From the NCBI RefSeq assembly GCF_036321535.1, contig NC_087437.1, forward strand, positions 16,990,001 to 17,054,000: 64,000 nt of DNA, in the 5' to 3' direction. This DNA comes from Camelus dromedarius. Lineage: Eukaryota. Position 1 is the first letter of the stretch. Each line of letters starts with the position of its first letter. The position numbers and the translations under genes were made by a program. The notes below the pieces were generated by a model. That model had not been told where the DNA came from, searched no databases, and saw only the letters and a list, made by a program, of their open reading frames with translations. Below, piece after piece: positions 57,852-64,000 of the stretch.

Positions 57852-58690
57852 CTAAAAATAACAAATCAAGTGTGACTGAAGAACATTTAATAAAGAAACT
57901 ACTAATAATACTTTGAGTTAATAAGCCATATTCTTGGTTTATTAAAATTGGTTAAAATGTTTCCAAGAGCCACTTAGATAGATAGATAAATAAATAAATA
58001 AACAAATATATATATATATTTGTATTCACTGTCCATAATGGGGATTTAATATGTAGACTCAATCAATTTCTTTTAAGACAGTAGTAAAGCTAAGGATCTC
58101 CTAGTCCAATGACATCATTTATAAATGAGGAAATTGAGAGTATAACTAGTTAACAGAATTCCTGAAGTTATAAGTTGGATCTAGGTCACTTTTCATTACT
58201 GTTGTTTGTCTCTCTATATAACTTTTTTTTAAGAAAAAAGAAAATTAATTACTTTCTCTTAGAATTCCATTTGCAACTTTGGTACCAGCCTTACTTTTTA
58301 TCTATGTTTTCTTGGTTAAGGCTAAAATGTAAGTTACTCCACCACTCTTCTTTTCCACTTAACTCAGTGAATTTCCCATCTCACCTCACCTCCACTTTTT
58401 GTTGCTCATTACTCCTTTCAATTTTCTTTGAAATCCATGTTCCCACAGTAAACAAACACCCTCAAGTTACTCATCAAACACTTCATACCAAACTCTCTAC
58501 CACTTGTCAGTCATTAAACCGAGAAGATCCAGTAAAGTTCTTTAGAAAAGGTAAGTTGAGGTGTTGGTCCTAGTTTCTGCTGCTTACAATTAACTTCATC
58601 TTTGTATAAAAGTTCTTTCACCTTTGAGGCTCATGACACCCATGACATGACACTTTCTAGAGCACTGTTTTTCTTTTCTTTTCTTTGGAG

Positions 58691-58922
58691 CAGTGTTTTC
58701 CAAACAACAGATGGCAACCCATTCATTAGCAGTGAAACTAACTTAATGTACTGAAACCAAAGTTTCAAAAAAAAAAATGAAACAGTGGTAAAGTGTGTAT
58801 AGTACATAGAACATTAAGTACTATTTCATATAACTCTTATTTTAGTTATATGTTCTTATACTTGTGAAAGAAAATGGTTTTAGCATCATGAGAAGTGGCC
58901 CAAAAATGTGTGAAAGTCACCT
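58691..58922. mobile_element. Probable hAT-Charlie MER-type MITE
   Basis: Starts cagtgttttccaaac...caacccatt; ends gtgtgaaagtcac, consistent with decayed inverted termini. Confidence 0.5.
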
Positions 58923-59433
58923 TGGTAGACCTCCTGGTTGCCTATTGGTATCTTGGCACATTTGGCACGTGCATTGGTTTTCTTCCTCATTCCTAATTCT
59001 ATCATTATCAACTTCTATGTAAATTTTGATGACCTAATTAAAGTTCTATCTCATTTGCCCTCCTGAATTCTATACTTCATTTCCACAGTATTTCAAATAT
59101 CCCATTCTGGCTTCTGAAATGCCTCAGGAAAAGTACGTACACACACGGTACACACAACACCCCACAGTCTCCCAATGATTTCTGTCAAAGTCAGAGGAGA
59201 TAATAATCGGTTAGCATCTCTGCATAGAAAGAAGATGGGCAAAGGTTTGCAGCCAGATATACTCAAACTTTCCAAATTGCATATCCTAGGAAAATATCCT
59301 TAGACTATGAGTAACATCATTCCAACAGTGACAAGCACAAGTAGTGCACAACCTGGTGTCAAAAATGAAAATTAGCAGCAGAAAACAGAAAAACCAGTAG
59401 TTAAAAAAAATAGGCTATTAAGTCTATGCTGAA

Positions 59434-59590
59434 ATGGAGATATTATTTAGTGGGTACAGAGTCTCAATTTAGGAAAATTTTGAAAAATTTCTACAGATTG
59501 ATGGCAGTGACAGTTGCACGGCTACGTGAATGTACTTAGTGCCAATGAACTAAATGGTAAATTTTGTTATTTCACCATAATTTAAAAAAC
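59434..59590 (+). mobile_element. Short L1MB-like 3' end with target-site duplication
   Basis: gggtacagagtctcaattt...gatggcagtgacagttgcac...gtgaatgtacttagtgcca; flanking ctatgctgaa at 59424-59433 and 59593-59602. Confidence 0.8.
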
Positions 59591-61244
59591 CCCTATGCTG
59601 AATAAACTTGTTTTTATGCCTGACTATGTATACATGATTAAGTATCACTGTAGAAGAGTGTATTAAAAAGTTCACAATTATATATTTGGTGAATTACATA
59701 CCTCCTATACATATAAACTATGTCCCTCTTAATGCTTTTGGTTTCAATTCTGATTTATCTTACATGATACTGTCCCTTCAGCTTTTTGTAAGCATTTGTT
59801 AACTATATTCAGCTTTTATCCAGTTTGTTTCCTTCCTCTGTTAAATTTTTGATTAAGATGTGTTTATAAACATTTTAATTTATCTTAACCCTAAATGACA
59901 ATGTCTTTTTTTAATAAAACCTGTTAACTCATTTACATTTACTGAGATTACAAATGTTGACATCTGTCTCCTGTTTACAAATGTTGACATCTGTCTCCAG
60001 TCTCCTGATGACATTGTCTTTATATGTGCTTTCTTCAGAGTTTTATTTTCTAACTTATATTTTTTTCCATCACCAAGATCCTTAGCACATTTATCTATTT
60101 CTCTTCATTTAATGTGAATATTTTAAGAATAACTTTTAGATATTTGCCTTAGGCTTCACAGCTACATTATTTTAGGCTTAGTTCTAATTATTTTCAGATT
60201 TACTTACCAATACTTCTTATATTGCTTATTTTCCTTTTATTGTTATCTATTTTTCATTTTGCTAGAAAACATCCTCAAGTAATACTCTGCATAAGAGTGC
60301 ATAGGTAGTAAACATTTTAACTGCATATCCTTTTATTAATTCCTCCCTTCATTTTCTTTAAAGAGTTTCTACTAGATAATACAATAAACTTCTTAATCTG
60401 TACTCCCTATCTCTTAATTTCTCTCACCCACTTTTCATTTCTTTCTTCTTTTGCACTAATTCCTGGAAAAATCCCTTGATTTATAGCCAATCTTTGGTTA
60501 TGTCCATTTAGGCCGTTTAAAGATCCACCTCACCCCTACATTTCAAAATTCATGCTTTTAATTTCTAAGAGCCCTCTTCTTCTTTCATAATGGCTTCTTC
60601 TTATATTTGGAGACATTAACAAAAAATCTTCACCAGTGTATTATTGGGCTTTGTGCTTCTTTTCCTGGTATTGATTTTTTTTTCAAGTTTCATAGTTTCT
60701 TCGCTGCCAGTATATACATGTTAATGAATCTAGATCAAGAATACTGGTAGCTAGAGCCTTTTTGTTGAATCTGATTGCAAAGTGCTGGCTTCCTTGGTTG
60801 TACAATAATGTGGAAAGAGGTAATCTATAATCAGGCAGACGTTTCCTCTAATTGTAGGTATGCAATTTGTATTTTGAGTGCAGAAGTTCCCTGTCCCTCT
60901 TGGTGTCCATAAATTATCTGGGGTATTTATTCACTACTTTGCTTCTCAGACCAACGCCCACATCCCAAATGTCTGTACAGCATTTGCAAAGTGGGGAATA
61001 AGCTCAGCTGAAGGGCAGCCACTTAGTTACTACTGATAGCTTACTCCTTCCACCAGCGTTTGCTGCTCTGATTTTCAGTGTATTTCGATCTCTACTAGAA
61101 AATTTCAAGAACATTTTCCCTATTTTTGTCTCAAGTTGGGGTTACTTAACAATGGAATTCACAGTCATTTACTTTAGAGTTTCTACAAATTCTTCATTGT
61201 TCCAGTGAACTGGTAGTATCTCATTCATCTTGACTTAATTAGCA

Positions 61245-61703
61245 TGAGGTTTTCAGTCGGATAAGTTACTGGCACAATTCACAGCTTTAAGTAGTGTAAT
61301 TCCACACCACTGGCATGTTTAGGGATGACTCTTCTATGCCTTGAACGAAGGCATATTAAAATTTAACTCAGGAACGTTGTCACTGTTTTAGAAATTTTTT
61401 GTGTGTAGTAGCCAATATTTTTAGTATAGATGCTAACTTTTTCAACCATTTTCTCATCTTTCTGACTGTAAGGTGGTAGCTTAGTAGAATCCAATCTGTT
61501 AACACCAATAACCACTTGTCTCAAACTCAACCTGTATACCAGAATAATGTGATAATGTATTGACCCATTTTCTGAGTAAGAGTTTCAAATTCACCAGTAT
61601 TAGCGACAACAATCAGTATAAAATGGTCTGTCAATCTTTCTGTTTTGGGGCATCTGTGATGGCCAAATAACTTGCTACTCTCAAATCTCTACAAGAATAT
61701 CAG
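61245..61703 (-). pseudogene. Highly decayed EEF1A1-like processed pseudogene fragment (GTP-binding domain region)
   Basis: Minus-strand pieces AITDAPKQKD, ILIVVANTGEFE, LRQVVIGVNRLDSTKLPPYSQK, KVSIYTKNIGY, NMPSFKA* and ITLLKAVNC align in order with eEF1A [62 protein letters not shown] and TTLLEALDC; no introns; frameshifts, deletions and stops. Confidence 0.8.
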
Positions 61704-62637
61704 GTAAATCCATGTTTGAGAAAAAAAAAATTCTACTATGGCCAATAAGGCAAAAGGTTATAATCACCTTTCAGACACTTCATTTTATTGTGAATATATT
61801 CTTCATTATATTTCTATAGTGAAAGATGACACTATAAAAAGGAAGGCTTTGAGGAATTCTCAATGGCTGTAAAAACCCTGGGATTACAAAGGATTGGAAC
61901 TTCAAAAATGAAACAAAAGTTTATTTTCTAAAAACAGTTTTTGGTGTTATAATTTTAAAAACAGCATGAAAATCAGGTATCAAAGTATTTTTTGTACTTT
62001 TTAGGAATCTGAATAAAAACGGTAGCTCATTGATGGATAATGAGTCACTGTACAGAAAAATAGATAATTAAATTAAATTTAAAATTATAAATTACATAAC
62101 ATAAATTAAAATTACATTCATGTCTAGGTGAATTTTACCATGCTGTATCTAAGTATAATTTATTTTACAGGGTTTCCTCTAATCTTGTATATAACAAACT
62201 AATCTCATTTTCCCGGTTACTTTAATTACAATTTTCTGGGTATGTTCCCATTCATCTCTAATTGGCTTCAAGGTTACTTGTAATATTTTATCTCATGTTT
62301 TTTCTGCCTGCTAACTCTCTGTCAAATAAATACACTAAAGGAGCTCACCATATAATGGAATCTTACACTATTCCTTTTATGAAAAATCATTTACAATGCA
62401 AATAATGCCATCCCAAATTATTAAGCCTAAAATTTCTAAATACTCTTATGTTCGGTCTTATTCTCTGCTGAAATAGAGCCAGTAACTGGCAAATCTTGAA
62501 GAACACATTTTAAAAAAAAGGAAAGGAAGTTGTCATTTTGGAGAGATTTCCTGCATATACAAGTAATATATTTGTTAACTTTCTGTCTTAAATTAAGGAC
62601 TGTCATAATTAGCCTCACCATTCCATATGCCAAGAAG

Positions 62638-62769
62638 GAGGGTGACCATACTTCTAGACTGTCCAGAAATATTCTGGGTTATGCTCACTACTTCAGAATA
62701 ATTATTAACAACATTTTTGTCACTCTGAAAAGCATCACAGTTTGTACAGTAAGTACTATGGTCACACTA
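62638..62769 (-). mobile_element. MER94-like hAT-Blackjack MITE
   Basis: TIRs agggtgaccata...tatggtcacacta; internal taattattaa...tcactctgaaaag; about 132 bp. Confidence 0.75.
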
Positions 62770-64000
62770 CCTATAGGAAAATCCGGACTCATCACATCCA
62801 AGTACCATTTATCCTACCATTTGGCATGTATCTCAAATATACAAGGTATTTTGTGCCTTGAAACCAATGACTGCTAAAAAGACTGTGATGGCTTTAAAAT
62901 GTTACTTTTTGGTAAACAGAAAAAAAAAAAGAACTAGTTTATAGGCAGATCTCTTAATCTCCATTATTTTACCCATAATTCACATATAAAAGAGGAAGAC
63001 TACTCTATGGACTGTAAACCTCTTTCAATTCAACATTTTAGAATTCTGTTACTAAAACATTGCTATTTATCATCCCAGTAAAACAAAGAAACAGGAATGA
63101 TAATCAGGTCAGTTAATTCTAATTAATTGATTGGCAATTAATCTATAAGCTAGACTCATTCTACTTTATGATTTCTAAGGTCTCTTTCAATTCAACTTTT
63201 TATGAGTCTATTACTAAAATATTACTATAACATGTGTTACAGTAAAACAAAGAGGAATTCAGAGTATGACACAATCAGAATCCCACCACAGTATAGGAAT
63301 ATGGCTTTAATAAGCATTCAGCTCCAAGTGTACTCTAGTGTACAAAATAAGAACAGAGATTTAAACAAAGAATGTTTCTCGTGAAACACAGGAGACCATA
63401 AAGGCCAATATTATGATCATGATTATCAACCAGAAACCCTTAAATATGATTTGCAGTTGCTTTTGCAACTAACAAGAATGCCACAGAGGAGAACTGGGAA
63501 ATATATTTTAATGTATTCATAACACTTTACTAAACAGCAGCAAACACATGAAAATAGCAATACTACTTGAAAACAGAACAGTAATACATATTATAATTTA
63601 CTGCTTTAAATAAAAGATAAAACTATGTAAAACTAAGTACTTATGCCTTTTAATGTATCAAAAAGAAAAGCCCTTGGGCCTTTAGAGGCCTAAAACATTT
63701 TCCTTCAATTAATAATCAAGTTCAATTAGCCTGATCATCATATTCCCTAAACTTTTCATCAGTTTAAACAGTATAGGCATCTCTCATCCCTATTAATTTT
63801 TTAAAGTACTACTGCTATTAGAGTCAAAATTTCAAATAGGACTTGATTGTTGTAAAATACGTTTAATTCCATTTAAGACCTAAAGGGCTAACAGTTTAAT
63901 CTGAATAGTCTATCATAAATATGATACTTATTGAGTATTTAGTGTTGAACCTTAAGCATTTGTAAGCATCTGTATTTTACTCCATAATATATCCACACTT

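Noticed and set aside
58175..58573. Longest ORF in the track (132 aa)
   Set aside because: Non-ATG start, pyrimidine-rich L2-like sequence and no recognisable motif.
60950..61140. Possible further EEF1A similarity (YSPL..C resembling YAPVLDC)
   Set aside because: Too weak to separate from chance or adjacent L1-derived sequence without an alignment.

Overview
AT-rich mammalian genomic DNA lying entirely within the cohesin subunit gene STAG1 (SA1), transcribed on the minus strand. I read 14 consecutive coding exons directly from the sequence. All have GT-AG boundaries and consistent phases, and they join into one stop-free 1637-nt frame ([10 protein letters not shown]...LRQDKKTV). This corresponds to roughly exons 15-28 and aa 477-1022 of human STAG1, with numbering recalled from memory. 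The introns contain L1, L2, MIR, MLT1, Tigger and hAT relics, plus a heavily decayed EEF1A-type processed pseudogene. A tRNA-derived SINE with a 15-bp target-site duplication resembles the camelid Vic-1-type SINE, suggesting a camel, llama or alpaca genome. Most ORFs in the supplied track are spurious: exon antisense shadows, repeat remnants or low-complexity sequence. I found no convincing novel biological system. The most testable leads are candidate poison exons in STAG1 introns, a possible intronic termination site after exon 25, and inverted L1 copies flanking exons 22-27. Repeat family names come from recalled consensus sequences, not database searches, and repeat boundaries are approximate unless a TIR or TSD is given.
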